The position numbers and the translations under genes were made by a program. From NCBI GenBank assembly GCA_951406725.2, contig OX597820.1, positions 86,614,001 to 86,678,000 of the forward strand: 64,000 nt of DNA, read 5' to 3'. Shown here piece after piece: positions 13,881 through 28,032 of this stretch (position 1 is the stretch's first letter; each line of letters begins with the position of its first letter). Below the pieces are notes generated by a model that searched no databases, was not told where the DNA came from, and saw only the letters and a program-made list of their open reading frames with translations. This stretch comes from Octopus vulgaris (taxonomy: Eukaryota).

Positions 13881-14449
13881 GGAGAGGCGAGCTTGGTCTC
13901 TGCAGATTTGTGATGCTAATGTAGCTAACGTAAAGTTAACCACATTAAATATCACTAATAAATGAATGAAACAGAAACAGGTGGAGCCAGTGGTCCGAAT
14001 GCTGGTATCAGAGTAAACTCCAAAGGCGATATTACAGTTGGTGGTGGTGTTTCTGTTTTTGTTTAGCTCCATTTTAGCCTTAATCCGGAAGACATATGAT
14101 CAAAGGGCGTGATTTGATGGATAATCAAGCAGGTTAAAGGTTGACTACGTATTGAAATAGTGATTAACTTATAAATCGGATTTATGATGAAGATCGATAC
14201 AGAGAGTCACCAAAACAATGTTGGTCAAGTCGTTACAATAAAAATAACCTATTTCAGTTGAAATGACATCTTTTTACATAAACGATGCTATGGTTCCCAG
14301 TTAACTAGGTGTTCCTGGGGAATGTCACATTATTTTAAATTATTTTAGATTACCTAAACAGTGAACAATTTATTCGCCAAAATCCCGTTATACTGTTCCT
14401 GTCAGTTATTCTAAGTTCTGCTAAACAGGAATCAGATGAGTTTCATTAG

Positions 14450-14661
14450 TGTTATGTCGCAATAATACACAGTTGCTGTGTGAGCTACGAAATCCTCGCC
14501 GCCACTGTTATATCGCACGTTCGGATGACTTCTACTCAACTCCTACCTCACTCTACTCTGTTCTAGTCTACTCTGACTGCTACTCCTGACATCTAGGCTT
14601 CTCCCTCTATATCTACGTATTGGGCTAGCCTACTTCATCGTCTGGGGGCGTCCACACAACA
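14450..14661 (-). mobile_element. Gypsy-type LTR remnant: one LTR + PBS + terminal stub, with 5-bp TSD
   Basis: LTR 14506-14661 bounded TGTT..AACA. PBS TGGCGGCGAGGAT (14492-14504, minus). LTR-end-like stub TGTTATGTCGCA at 14450. ATTAG flanks both ends (14445-14449, 14662-14666). Confidence 0.75.
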
Positions 14662-15107
14662 ATTAGACAACTTCTTCACTCCTGAGTAAAGGTAAGTTTT
14701 ATGAAGACCAACAGGTGTGTTTTGAGTTTGTTGTTATATGTATTTACATACTATTTGCGGGATGGATGGCTTTATGTGCGCAAGTATGTTTACATGGAAA
14801 GGAGTTATTTACTGTTTAGTCTTCAGATTTGCCGTAACTGCGATCCCCCTTATGTTTAATCAGGTTGAGTGTTAAGGGGTGAGAGTTAAGTAAGTCAAAC
14901 AGTTACTGGGATTGATTCAATCCATTGATACAAGCTTACTTCAGGCAACAGACTACATTTTAAAAGGTTAAATGGATATTATCAGTGTTATTTGTGCTGC
15001 ATTATGGCCTGATGATGCAGTAAACTCTAACGTTTATAGTAATCATGTGATGAGTGACAACCACTAAGAATAATTAATTTGCTATAAGGTATATAATAAG
15101 AGAATAT

Positions 15108-15250
15108 TGATTTCAAATTTTGGCACAAGGCCAGCTATTTCAAGGGAAGCGAAGTCGATTACATCATCCCAGTGCCCAACTAGAAGAAATTTTCTAGACC
15201 TCGATAGGATGAAAGGCAAAGTTTAACTCGGCAGAATTTGGACTCAGAGC
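15108..15250 (-). mobile_element. Nin-domain SINE fragment
   Basis: TTTCAAATTTTGGCACAAGG tail and GGATGAAAGGCAAAG core. Confidence 0.8.
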
Positions 15251-15679
15251 ATATAGAAAGTTCAACCTGATATTTATGGACACTGTTATTTCATTGGCCG
15301 ATTCTTAAAATGAAAGCGACATCTCTGAAGACGGCAAAATGTACAATCGAGAAGTTCTAGAAATTCAGTTTACTCTGATATAATTGAAAATGAAGTAGAT
15401 TCCAAATTCCTTAAGTTCTTCATCCTCATACACATACACACATACACACATATACACACACACATGTACAAACACACACACACAAATATATATATATTAT
15501 ATATGTACATAGTTTATATGTATGTGTGTGCGTGTATGTGTGGGCGTGTGTGTGTGAGTGTGTATAAATATCCATATATATATACAAACGCACACTCACG
15601 CTTGCACACACGGACAGAATGAAAGAGAAAGGAGGTATAGGCATATTTGAGCAGGCAGACAGACAGACAAGGCAGACAA

Positions 15680-15756
<77 letters not shown>

Positions 15757-17037
15757 CAGAAAGGTAGATAGATAGAAAAGAAAAACTCGGTTTCTTAGGA
15801 AATTTCCATCCAATACCATTTGTATACATTATATACAACTATATTATACATGTGTGTGTGTGTATGTGTGTCTGTGTTTTCTTTAGTGTGTGAATGAAAT
15901 AACCCTATTTTATATACAAAACATTAAAAAACTGAATTTGTTTCTTTTTATGATTTTGTAACTAGGATTTCAATGTAAGTAAAATAAAAGTTAACATTGT
16001 TCTGTTGTTGTTTTCGTTGTTCCTACTGTTCTTCTTATTCTTCTTAATATCTTGTAACCATATTTTGCATTTATAAAGACTTTTTTTTATTTCTTATCTT
16101 TTTGTATTAATTTTTTGAAATTTTTTTTTTTTTTTTGAATTAGAAATACATTCTATGAATCTTTCAATCAAACTTCCATGTCTTTACAATCACACAGAAC
16201 AACAAAACAATAATAAAAAAAAAAGCAAAACAAAAAAATAAATAACCGTCGGTATACAAAATAAAAATGGACGAAATATTATTGGCGGCCATCTTCTTTG
16301 AATATACTTAAATCATCATTGTATTCTCAAGTGTATGTGTATGTGTGTGTATGCGTTCACTGTGCGTGTATATAACCGAGTTTGTGCTTTATCATTTGTG
16401 TCTAGATGTGTTTGCGTGCTTTTGTGCTTGAATATATATTTCTGCGTACGGATGTGTATATGCGCGCCGTCTAATGTATACGCATGTATATGTATACGTA
16501 TGCTTGCTCTTGTGCTTGCGTGTATGTGTATTTAGAGTGTTTCCAAATTTATTTTTCATTTAGAAATATCTAAAGCAAACGCAAAATAAAATTTCTGAAC
16601 TTAACAATATATATGGTTTTCTTCCTAGTATACTTATATGGGTGCGTGTGTATGTATGCCTGTGTGCGTGTGTGTGTGTGTGTACACATACATAATTACA
16701 TATGCATACACATAGATGTACAAGCAAGTGCATATACATACATATACATTACACGCGCACACACACGCGCGCACATACACACATATGTATGAAGGAAAAT
16801 CCATATTGCCCGCTCATTTTTCTTCCCTCCTCCGCTTTAGTTCATTTCTACTTCTGAATGTTTCTTCAACTGCTTTACATTGTATTTCTATTTTTCTCCA
16901 TTTTTTAGCTCTCCTAGTTTTACTTTAAATAAATATGTCTGAAAATGTATAACTTCAATGTACGTATATATGTGTATGCGTGCATGCGTGTGTACGTGTA
17001 TGCATGTATGCATACATATGTGTGTCTTTGTGTTTAC

Positions 17038-17083
<46 letters not shown>

Positions 17084-17139
17084 GCGCATGCGTGTTTCAG
17101 TATGTGTTTTTATATACGCGTGTGTATATGCGTGTTTAA

Positions 17140-17176
<37 letters not shown>

Positions 17177-17344
17177 TCCACATACATGTGTATGTGTGTA
17201 TGTATTTCATATATATGTATGTACATGTGTGTATATATATGTGTACCTGTATTACATTGTAAACAATACTATGTCCCAATTTTATTCTTTTTACTGGAGT
17301 TCGTTTGGAACAATCAAGTTCCTAAATTTACTTCTCATTGATGT

Positions 17345-17895
17345 TCCCAGACTGTTTCAGCCTCGCCATGAAAATATAGCGTGAAGAACTCTAATACATG
17401 ATGGTATATTTGTAGGAATCCAGCGCCTGATCGTGTTCTCTGCAAGCAATCAGCTTTCTCATACTCTTCTTTTCATCTCAAATCCGAGAAACCATGCTGA
17501 TATGGTTTGTTCTGAAGATTCGTTTTCAAGTAATATTGCTTGTTTTAGCACGCTTTCCTTTAAAAACCCTTTCGGAAAAATACTCATAGTTTTTTGGGGT
17601 TTTTTTTCTTGCATTTGTTTAAAAAGTATCACGTACTTACATTAGTACTTGTCTTTTCTCGTTATGAGACACCTTGTTAAACGGTATTCATTCATATTAT
17701 CTAACCGAAAGGATTATTAAATTATGCTTGAATGAATCACTTCTCACAACCGGTCTTTATCGACTTCATAAGGATGGATGCCATTCACAAAGAGAAGCTT
17801 GTTCCATAGACTGAAATTTAGTTGAGTTTATCATTTTCAGGTTGCATCGGTAGAACATGACAGAACTCAGTCAAAGAGATTTGGAAGCTTCTACG
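17345..17895 (-). mobile_element. Tigger/pogo-like transposase remnant (heavily decayed)
   Basis: Minus-strand pieces SKSL*LS..STDAT and ASILMKS resemble the Tigger N-terminal HTH region. Many stops. Confidence 0.4.
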
Positions 17896-17902
17896 AGGTC
17901 AG

Positions 17903-18166
17903 TTTGTTTGTTCCTTCTCGAGCCACGTCTGGCTCATAAGGGCCGGTTTCCCGGTTTCCTTGGCGTATAGGTTCTCCACTTGGAGGGGACGCTGGTCCGT
18001 CGCAGGTGAGCTACAAGATGCAGGAGAAAAGAGTGAGAGAAAGTTGTGGTGAAAGAGTCAGCAGAAGATTGCCATTACCTTCTGCCGGAGACGCGTGGAG
18101 CTTAGATGTTTCACTCATAAATACACACATCGCCCGGTCTGAGATTCGAAATCGCGATTCTTCGAC
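17903..18166 (-). mobile_element. tRNA-derived SINE (same family as 31854-32157), head-truncated
   Basis: Colinear with 31854-32110 (GGGCCGGTTTCCCGGTTTCCTTGGCGTATAGG...). Confidence 0.88.
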
Positions 18167-19239
18167 CTATTGGATAAATTTACTCTTGGGTATTTTAAGA
18201 TAGTTTATGTAATTTTGGTAAATATATCTGTTAAAATGAGATGTCAGTGTTATTTTCATTTTTGCGTAATGTAGATGACAGTTTGTTCATCTCACCCTGT
18301 ATGTATACGCAAGAGCATAAAGGAACGGAAGAGGGAAAGGAAGAGAGAGACTCGTGTGAACTTTGATACTTTTTAACTTCAAGTAAGAGAAATATTTAAT
18401 CAGACGGAAAACACAATAACTAAATGACTACTCTTTGTTATGAATTTATGTGTGTGTCAATTAAACAAACAGGAAGAATGGATCTTGAATTATCACATAA
18501 AGAAAATATGAAACGTTTTCCACAAGTTACCTCCGGAGTTCATCTTGATATTTTCGTCATTATACACCTCATCAGCCGATGTTGAACTAAAAACATATAC
18601 TTGCTAACGGTGTATTTTGAATCAAGTTGGAGAAGAGCAATAAGTTTGAACTCAGTTTTATTTGCGATACAAAAATTATGATATGCGACCAGAAGATGAT
18701 CTGCCATGAAAGAAAGGGAAGAAAATCTACTTCACGAAACTCTGCTATAAAAATTATGTAGTTTGCTTTTTACAAGCCGCCTTTTAAGCAGTAAAAGTGT
18801 GACTAAGCGCGGATTTTAGTAAGACTAAGTGTTATGTTTCATTATGAGTGTACACACATGGAGTTTCTCGTATGTGAGGAATGTGGTTAAGTATGCAAAT
18901 GTTACACTGACCGCTGTAAAATTTACAACTACGTTGGCAGAAGTACATCCAATTAAAACGCATGCATAAATGTATCACATCTGTAATAAAACCCGTGACG
19001 CGTAAACAGACCACAAAAATATTTTTCTAATCGTTAGTGATAGTAATACTCGTTCAACGAATGGTCACCCTCCATATACGTTTGAATGTAAGTATGCATG
19101 GATGTATGTATGCATGCATGTATGTATGTACGTTTGAATGTGTAAGTGTATGTATTATATATGTACGTATGTATATGTGTATGTATGTACGTATGTATGT
19201 GTATGCGTGTACATGTATGTGTGTATGTATATATGTATG

Positions 19240-19273
<34 letters not shown>

Positions 19274-20215
19274 CGTACGTATGTATGTATGTATATATGT
19301 ATGTACGTATGCATGTATGTGTATGCGTATGTATGTATGTACGAATGTATTTATGTATGTATATATATATATATATATATTATGTATGTATGTATGTATG
19401 TATGTATGTATGTATGTATGTATGTATGTATGTATGTATGTATGTATGTATGTATGTATGCAGATGTTTCTTTTTAAAACATGACAGCATCTTCGAAGCT
19501 ATTTAGTAATGTAAGTAAAATTTAATGAAATATTGATAGATGAGATTCTGATGTAATATTTTCGCTGTGTACAATAAAAGAATAAAAAACACAGAGTACA
19601 ATTAATGATGTAGCAATATCGCTGAAACTTGAAAAAAGATAGTAGCAAGTGAGAGCTGTTTTTGTCGTTTTGCGGGGGAGGGGTTGAGAAACGAGCTTTG
19701 TATTTTCTATACAATGACATTACACTGCATGAAATCTATTCAGTATCCAGTTGTCCTATTTTTCTGTTGTGTATAATTCTAAGTGTTGGGATCACTGTCT
19801 TGTACAAAATGTTGATTTTAGAATTTAAACACTCTATCAAGGAGCTTTTGTATACCAATTAATCAAAGTTTTTATCTTCCTCTATTACATAAGAGACACC
19901 CTATCGTATATTATATTTGTAGAACACACTGCTGGAGTATTTTCACTTTGCTTACATTGCTGATTTAGCATCACCACATTTCCCCTATTTCGATATTGGT
20001 CACTCTTAGTTTCGCCAACTTAGTAGTATAGGATTTGTTTGACTAACACATGCAATGAGAATGTTTTAGTCTAAGACTGAAACATGCTCACTGCTTCAAT
20101 TTAGAGACTTTAAAGACCAGGATCGTTCCAATATCTATTACAAAGAGTGTCCAAATAATCTGTTTGGAACAATAAGCAAAAGGAGTTATCTTCCCTAGGT
20201 TATTGTTCATTGTTT

Positions 20216-20454
20216 AAATACCTATTTCTTTATTACCCACAAGGGTCTAAACACAGAAGAGACAAACAAGGACAGACAAACGGATTAAGTCGATTATATC
20301 GACCCCAGTGCGTAACTAGTACTTATTTAATCGACCCCGAAACGATGCAAGGCAAAGTCGACCTTGGCGGAATTTGAACTCAGAACGTAACAGCAGATGA
20401 AATACTGCTGAGCATTTCGCCCGGCGTGCTAACGTTTCTGCCAGCTCGCCGCCT
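20216..20454 (-). mobile_element. Full-length Nin-domain SINE
   Basis: Head GGCGGCGAGCTGGCAGAAACGTTAGCACG, B-box-like GAGTTCAAATTCC, Nin-like core and AAGAAATAGG tail. Confidence 0.92.
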
Positions 20455-20684
20455 TTTATTGTTTAAATACCACTTGTAAGGAAGGTTTTCTATTAATTAC
20501 TTGCATGAACAAATTGTATTTTGTATCCAAAACGCATCTTTCAGTTATTTTTCATAGCCATAACATTAAGTAAAATAAATGACAAGAAAACACGAGTCAG
20601 GCAAAATCGACAATAATTTACTCTTAATTTATGGGGTTGTACGACGAACTTGTGTCCAGACAGAGAGCGACCACGGCAATAACA

Positions 20685-21628
20685 ATAACCCTTTCTATTA
20701 TAATGACAAGGCCTTAAATTTGGTGGGAGGGGTTAGTCAATTACGTCGACCCCAGTACTCGACTTACATTTATTTTATCAACCCCAAAGTATGAAAGGCT
20801 AAGTCAACCTCACTGGAATTTGAACTCAGAACCATAAAACCTGATGAAATGATGTTAAACATTTTGTAGGGCGTGCTAACGATTCTCAAAGCTCGCTAAT
20901 CCTTTCTACTATAGGAACGAGGCCTTTACTTTTGGGTGAGGGAGCAAATCGATTACATCGATGCCAATAGCACAGATTTGCTTGTCAGCTGTTTGACCTT
21001 AACCAGTTGAGCAAGTCACATAGTGGCTGACGATATCTGCATCTCTGATCACGAGTAAAAGTAGTGGGTGGGGGTAACATTACCATGTGTTGAGAGGAAT
21101 TCTTTAGGGTTTCGATAATTTACTTTTGAAAACATGGGTGTTTCGTTCAACATATTTTAAGAATCTTTATTCAGGGATCTTTTGAGCAGGATGGGTTACT
21201 TGTCTGAAGAAAATTCTAACTGGGCCCCACCTGCAATGTCATGCGCTGTTAATCTGGATATGAGATCACCATGTCGCGTATATATGGTTGTGATGCATGT
21301 ACCTGGTGTGCCATTATCAGACGGGTACTCATGATGAGTATACTGGGCTTCGTATATTTTACCTCAGTGACACTTTGATGGCGTGTACTGCTCTCTCACT
21401 CAATAATAATAATAATGGTTTCAAATTTTGCCAAAAGAGCAGCCATTTTGAGGGATGAGATGAGTCGATGTGATCGACCCCAGTGTTCAACTGGTGCTTA
21501 ATCTATCGACCTCGAAAGTATGAAAGGCAAAGTCGACCTCGGGGGAATTTGAACTCAGAACGGAACAACGGGCGAAATACTGCTAAGCATTTTTCCCGGC
21601 GTGCTAACGATTCTGCCAGGTCGCCGCC

Positions 21629-21690
<62 letters not shown>

Positions 21691-21848
21691 GACACAGGCG
21701 TGAAATTTGGGGCGAACATAATGAGTCGAGCCCTAAAGGATGAAAGGCAAAGTCGACCTCGGCGGAATTTCAACTCAGAACTTTAAAAAGGACAAAATGC
21801 CGCTAAGCATTTTGTCCGACATACTAACGCTTCTGCCAGCTCACCGAC
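20685..21848 (-). mobile_element. Head-to-tail Nin-domain SINE cluster interleaved with (TAA)n
   Basis: Copies at ~20688, 20898, 21417 and 21690, separated by (AAT)n runs and the unclassified repeat below. Confidence 0.85.
20972..21402 (+). mobile_element. Unclassified interspersed repeat ending CTCTCTCACTC(AAT)n (probable retroelement 3' region)
   Basis: A second copy at 32973-33235 shares GCCCCACCTGCAA, ATGAGNTCACCAT, ATCAGACGGGTA and the same (AAT)n-joined end. Confidence 0.7.
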
Positions 21849-21850
21849 TC

Positions 21851-21905
<55 letters not shown>

Positions 21906-21907
<2 letters not shown>

Positions 21908-22166
21908 GAAACAATTCCTATCATAGTAGGTGCATTAGGCATGATAAAAAAATATTCAGACAAATACATAACAAAAACACCAGGACTTACAAACACATAT
22001 AACATACAGAAAATTGCACTACTAGGCACTGCCCACATCCTACGCAGAACACTTTCCATACAATAACCATCAGAGCATCACAACAAATCACAGCACATAC
22101 CCAAGGCACACAGAGCTGCGCTCGGTAGTGAAGTGAAAGCACGCTATAAAAATAAAAATAAAACTA

Positions 22167-22170
<4 letters not shown>
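21906..22170 (+). mobile_element. Dong/R4-like LINE 3' end inserted in (TAA)n
   Basis: ETIPIIVGALGMIKK..IQKIALLGTAHILRRTL* is the typical R4/Dong C-terminus. (AAT)n lies on both sides. Confidence 0.9.
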
Positions 22171-22202
<32 letters not shown>

Positions 22203-22479
22203 GTCGGGAACGTAGCAAAGGAAAAAAAATGTTGACTTTGTATTCTTCAACAAATCAGAGACCAGACGCTTGTCCATCATATTTTCATTAACGTTTAATA
22301 TCTGATTGATTGATTTGCGTTTTTTGTGTGTCTGTTTTTTCTTTCTTTTTTTTTCTTTCGTAAAGCTTCTAAAATAATCGATAATAGACAGATGTAAACA
22401 GATATGATATAACAAGAAGCAGACACACGTAAAGTAAGTAAATGGATTTCAGTCGACTTCGACGATGAATATTATAGTT

Positions 22480-22660
22480 TTTTATCTTTTACTTGTTTTA
22501 GTTATTGGAATGCGACCAAGCTAGAGTACCATCTTCAAATAATTTTAGCCGAAAGAATAGTCATCCGTAATTATTTTGTTTTTTACTCAGTACCTATTCT
22601 ATCGGTTGGTTTTGCCGCACCGCTAGTTTACGAAGACGTAAAGAAACCAACACAGATCGC
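22480..22660 (-). mobile_element. CORE-type SINE 3' fragment
   Basis: Decayed match to the 45600-45790 tail (TTTTACTTGTTT, ATTCTATCGG..TTTTGCCG..CCGCTA). Confidence 0.7.
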
Positions 22661-22661
22661 A

Positions 22662-23420
<759 letters not shown>

Positions 23421-23612
23421 CATGTATCACTTCTCCACTGAATATGAATATATCAAAAGAAAACGGGCAATTACGTTAATATATTTACTGTAAAGAATCT
23501 GCGGCTCCTCTGGTCGGTGTGAAGAGGAGATCCGATTTCACTTAATACCCAACCTAGACGGTACGGATCCTCAGACCTTGTGATATATTTATGAGGGTGT
23601 GTGTGCGTGTAT

Positions 23613-23661
<49 letters not shown>

Positions 23662-23835
23662 TGTGCGTGTGTGTGTGCGTTTGCGTGTTTGTATATATGT
23701 ATGTATTTTAAGTCAAAATTGTTGCTTATTTTAATATTTCTATATATATATTAATTTACATATGCAATCTGTATAACTATTACAGTTCATGTATGTATGT
23801 AAGTATAATTGTATGTATGTATGTATGTATGTATA

Positions 23836-24385
23836 CAGAGTGGCCCAAAAGTAAGTTTACAGTTATTCAACTATCTCTTTCGCATTCATATATTAACAAT
23901 TATAAAATAATTAAGAAACCATTATTCAGCAAGATGAAGCACCTCCACATTATGCCTTGACAGTAAGAGACTACCTTAACCAAGCCTTTCCATAGCGTTG
24001 GTTTCGAAGACGGAACAGCATCGAATTGCCACAACATTCACCTGACCTGACACCAATGGATTTCTTTTTGTGGTGTGTTGTAAAGAACAAAAGTTTATGG
24101 GAAGAATTATAAGTGAATTAAAAGATTACATTTCTGACGCATTCACTGAAATTGATGGAGATCAGAATTTGCGCCGCACTGTGTATCCGAGTGTTCAGAA
24201 GACGTTTAAGGAATGTTGCAATGTTGAAGAAGGGCATTTTGAGTATCTGAGAGATTAAACATTGTCTGTTTAAGATGTGAATAAACAATATGATTGTAAG
24301 ATAGAAACTTAAATGTAATAAAATGTTTTAAAAGAAACTTGAATTGCCTACGTGATAACTGTAAACTTACTTGTGGACCAGCCTG
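23836..24385 (+). mobile_element. Internally deleted Tc1/mariner-superfamily element with TIRs and TA TSD
   Basis: TIRs CAGAGTGGCCCAAAAGTAAGTTTACAGTTA / TAACTGTAAACTTACTTGTGGACCAGCCTG, with TA on both sides. Internal QQDEAPPHY...SPDLTPMDFFLW transposase motifs. Confidence 0.9.
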
Positions 24386-25329
24386 TACGTGTGTATGTAT
24401 GCACATACATACAGAAACACACACACATACACATACATAGAGAGAGAGCGACAGACAGACAGAAACAGACACACAGAGAGAAAGAAGGAGAGAAAGACAG
24501 AGGTATACGCGCGTACACGCTCTTGAGGAATACATATTCGAAGTCTTACCTTCTCTGTGCATATAGCACAGATATCTGCTGCATATATTTTAGATATGTT
24601 CACCAAACCGTTGTCTTTTCTATGCAGTTGGGGATACCTATCAGAATAACTCACCAACTTCTATTAATGTCTATGTCAATATATTTTAGTTTTAGTGTCC
24701 AGCAAATTCAGTCAGTCGTTAGTTCTAATCTCTTAAGGCCCTCATCATGCCCGCTAGACCTGATTAGATTAGGGTCTTACTGTGTATGTCACCTGTTACA
24801 GTGGTTGCTTTATTCAACAACTTTAATGTTTCTCACATCTATTTGCTTTGTTTCTTTTCTATTTTCTTCAATCTTATGTTATTTATCTGTTTTGATTTTC
24901 GTTTCACGTCTTTTACGTCTTTCTTTTCTTACTTCATTTTTCTTTGCTATTTTTTTACTTTTTCATCTCTTTTTCTTATCGTACTTTTCTCTATCTTTCT
25001 TCTTTATATTTCTTATGTTCTCTTCTCTTCAATTTCTGTGTCTGTTTTACTTTCTGTCTTTCTACAACTTCAACGTGATTATTATTCCGGCATGATCTAC
25101 AATTATTTGCGCTATTACTCTAGTATATCTGATAGAAGACTTCCGTCCCTTGATGGCGGATACTGTTGCATCTGATAACTCAGTTTGTTGGTTCGAACTG
25201 TATTCACTCAGAAGAGAAGTTTTTGTGTGTGTTTTTTTTCTATGTGAGGTATTCATGATACAAATGTATTGGTCAGTTAATAGCAAACATTTATGCTTTA
25301 TTCATCGTAGTGCTTCAATTTGTCATTCT

Positions 25330-25415
<86 letters not shown>

Positions 25416-25479
25416 TCTGTGACTACTTCTGCCACAGCGTAAGCTTTATATTTTAACAGTTTCGAATAGAAACTAATTC

Positions 25480-26480
25480 CTAAGGGGAATGTTGTTGCTG
25501 CAGCTATGTTAAATGTATTACATCTTTCGCCATATTCCTTCATGCTACCTTGCAGGGCTTTCTGATGAGCTTGAGAACTAGTGCAAAATGTTAATAATTG
25601 ATGCCTTAAAAGGTTGTTTGACAGTCAATAATTCCCTGTCACTTTCCCTTCTTAGAACGTACAGTTGTTCAACGTCAGATTTTTTGTGGAATTTATGAGA
25701 ATTATTTAGTAGTTTCTTCACGTTGCAATCTAATGTGTTAATTTTTTTTATGATCAATTCCAATTCCACAGAATCATATACTGTAGCTTTTACTGCAATT
25801 ACATTTCTGGCATAGATAATGGTCCGTCTATTTAACTATGTTTTTAGTATAAAGTCTTCATGTGTCAAAATGTACGTTCATCTTCTCGTTAGCTTTCGCA
25901 CAGGGAACTCTTTTCATTCACACCCAAATTCTTATGGAATGTAAATTATCCAGCATCTGTTCGATTTCCATTAATGTTTTCTGAGATGGTTCAGATTAAA
26001 GTAACATTCTTCCATACTGTATTTATAAATTTCTACATTAATTCGGTTCCAAAATTCATTTAAATTATTTTCCTTTGCTGAAGGAGACTTTCTGATCATT
26101 TACTGATAAACAATGTTAAGAATACAAATAAGACATTCAAAGCACATTGCCTTCCCCCTTTTTTATATTCACTATTGTAAATTGGCAGTAGAAGCGAAAT
26201 GGTTGAGTCTATTATACATTTCACTTCCTGCAAGTGAACTCGTTAAGTCTATTGTACATTCGACTACTTATGAATTCAGATCATGAACATTTCTAGATAA
26301 AACTCTTTATTCTGCAGTGTTTCACCTTACCATCTTTTGGAAATATATCCCAAATCACTGAAAAATCTAAACAGACTGTATTTCGGTAACTATCTACAGA
26401 GAGATTTATTTATCCGTCCTTTGGTTTTATAACAGCAGATCTACACACAACTGGTCCTTAAACTTCCGTCATGGCTCTAG
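25480..26480 (-). mobile_element. Decayed R4/Dong-like RT region
   Basis: ORF 25578-25769 LDCNVKKLL..HKKSDVEQLYVLRRESDRELL matches the Dong HPKSDxxRLYxxRxxGGRGL thumb region. The extent is approximate. Confidence 0.6.
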
Positions 26481-27149
26481 AGTGACAAGTTATGTATAGA
26501 TAGCTGGTAACCCTTAATCGACAATATAAATTTTGAGGCTTTCTGGGTGGCAGGTAATCCTTGTCTTAACCAAATGTCAATGATTATTATTGTTATTTCG
26601 GTTGACGATACAGTATTGATTGTTGCAGTAGTTAAGCTGCTTCTGGAACACATTTGATACTTTTTAATAGCAGTATAGTTAAACCAGTTTTATAGCTGTG
26701 TAATTCCACAAACAGATACATGTATCAACATTCATCAAGTTAAATAAAGGTAGAGATGTGTTGGTAAGCAGGATTATTTCTAAACCTTTCGCGTGATTAA
26801 CTCAACAATTAACTGTAGTCACAGGAATAACTAAAGTATTTTTACTGCTTAATCCGGAGATTATGTGTGTGTATGCATGTGTATGCGTGCGTGTGTGCGC
26901 GTACGCATGTGTGTTGTTATAATTTATTCGTAGGAGGAAAGAAAGCCCTAAAACCTTTTCTAAGCGCTTTGAAACTGACAGAATGAAGGGAAAAGATACT
27001 TGGTTTGATTGTTTACAACAGATTGAGCTGCGTTAAAACGAAGCTAAGGATCAAAAAGAAAAAAGAAAAAAAAGGTGTTAGTTGTGAATGTATTTGATAA
27101 GTCGTGTGGACAATGTCCCCAAACATCAGGAAGTGATTCTAATTTGAAG

Positions 27150-27720
27150 TTACTCAAAAAAATTTCAGAAAACAGCAGGTTGAAATAAGCCCAGATTTGT
27201 GAGTCTATATTAAAATGGGTTGGGGCGTAATGTGGAATTTAATCTACGAAATTAATGTCATAAAACTTCCTTCATTATCCGATTTCCAAATGAATCGTGA
27301 ATCTTTACGGTAAGAGAGCTTTTTAACAAAATTAATCTATTTCCGAATTTTAAGATTTGTCTTACACCATGGTGAACAAAGAAAAGTTATATTAGTGCAA
27401 ATTCTTTTGCATCTTCCTATTATTATTTAGGAGAAAAGAGCAAAAGTTTCACTGTTTTTAGTTGAGGATGGTGGCATTGGTGAGTTTGAGAGCTGCTGTA
27501 CTAATGTACTAATATAGTATAGGTTATCAACTAAAGATTCTTTAATTCTTATGATTTCCTTATTTAAAGATTCTTTTGTGAATGAATATTTAAATATTTC
27601 TCTCAGAAGGGATTTGATCACAGACATGTTATATCTATGAGGACACTCACTATTCACGTGAAAGCTAAAGAACCTAATTCAGACAATCAATGCAATATAC
27701 GAATTTCGTGTTAAGATCAA
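27150..27720 (-). mobile_element. Penelope-like RT thumb remnant
   Basis: NSECPHRYNMSVIKSLL..SLNKEIIRIKESLVDN matches the PLE SECPxxYKxxVI..EIxRIKQxLVNN pattern. Confidence 0.65.
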
Positions 27721-28032
27721 GAGGAATGCTAATGAACATTGTCACAGTATTCATTATCTTCAACGTCATAGTATTCATTATCTCCCTCATCGACAATAAC
27801 AGCATATGAAAGAATCATAATGTTCACCGAGAGAAGTGACAAAGACAACATGAAATCAACGAGAATAAGAACAAAAACAATCAATTACAACAAAAACGAA
27901 AACAACCTCAGCACCACCACCATCAACAACAACAAGAACAGTAACAACAACAATGATCAGATCATAATCAGCGAAATAACAATAAATGAAGTGGAAATAA
28001 AAAAAATATATATACAGCAAACCACATCATGA

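Noticed and set aside
17841-17897. 57-nt frame-preserving exon candidate (TTTTCAG|...|GTCAGT; VASVEHDRTQSKRFGSFYE)
   Set aside because: It lies antisense within a probable Tigger remnant next to a SINE tail, and I recognise no protein. Junction reads would be needed.
18440-20100. Possible old hAT transposase fragments either side of the (TATG)n block
   Set aside because: Only faint motif resemblance, which is not supportable by eye.
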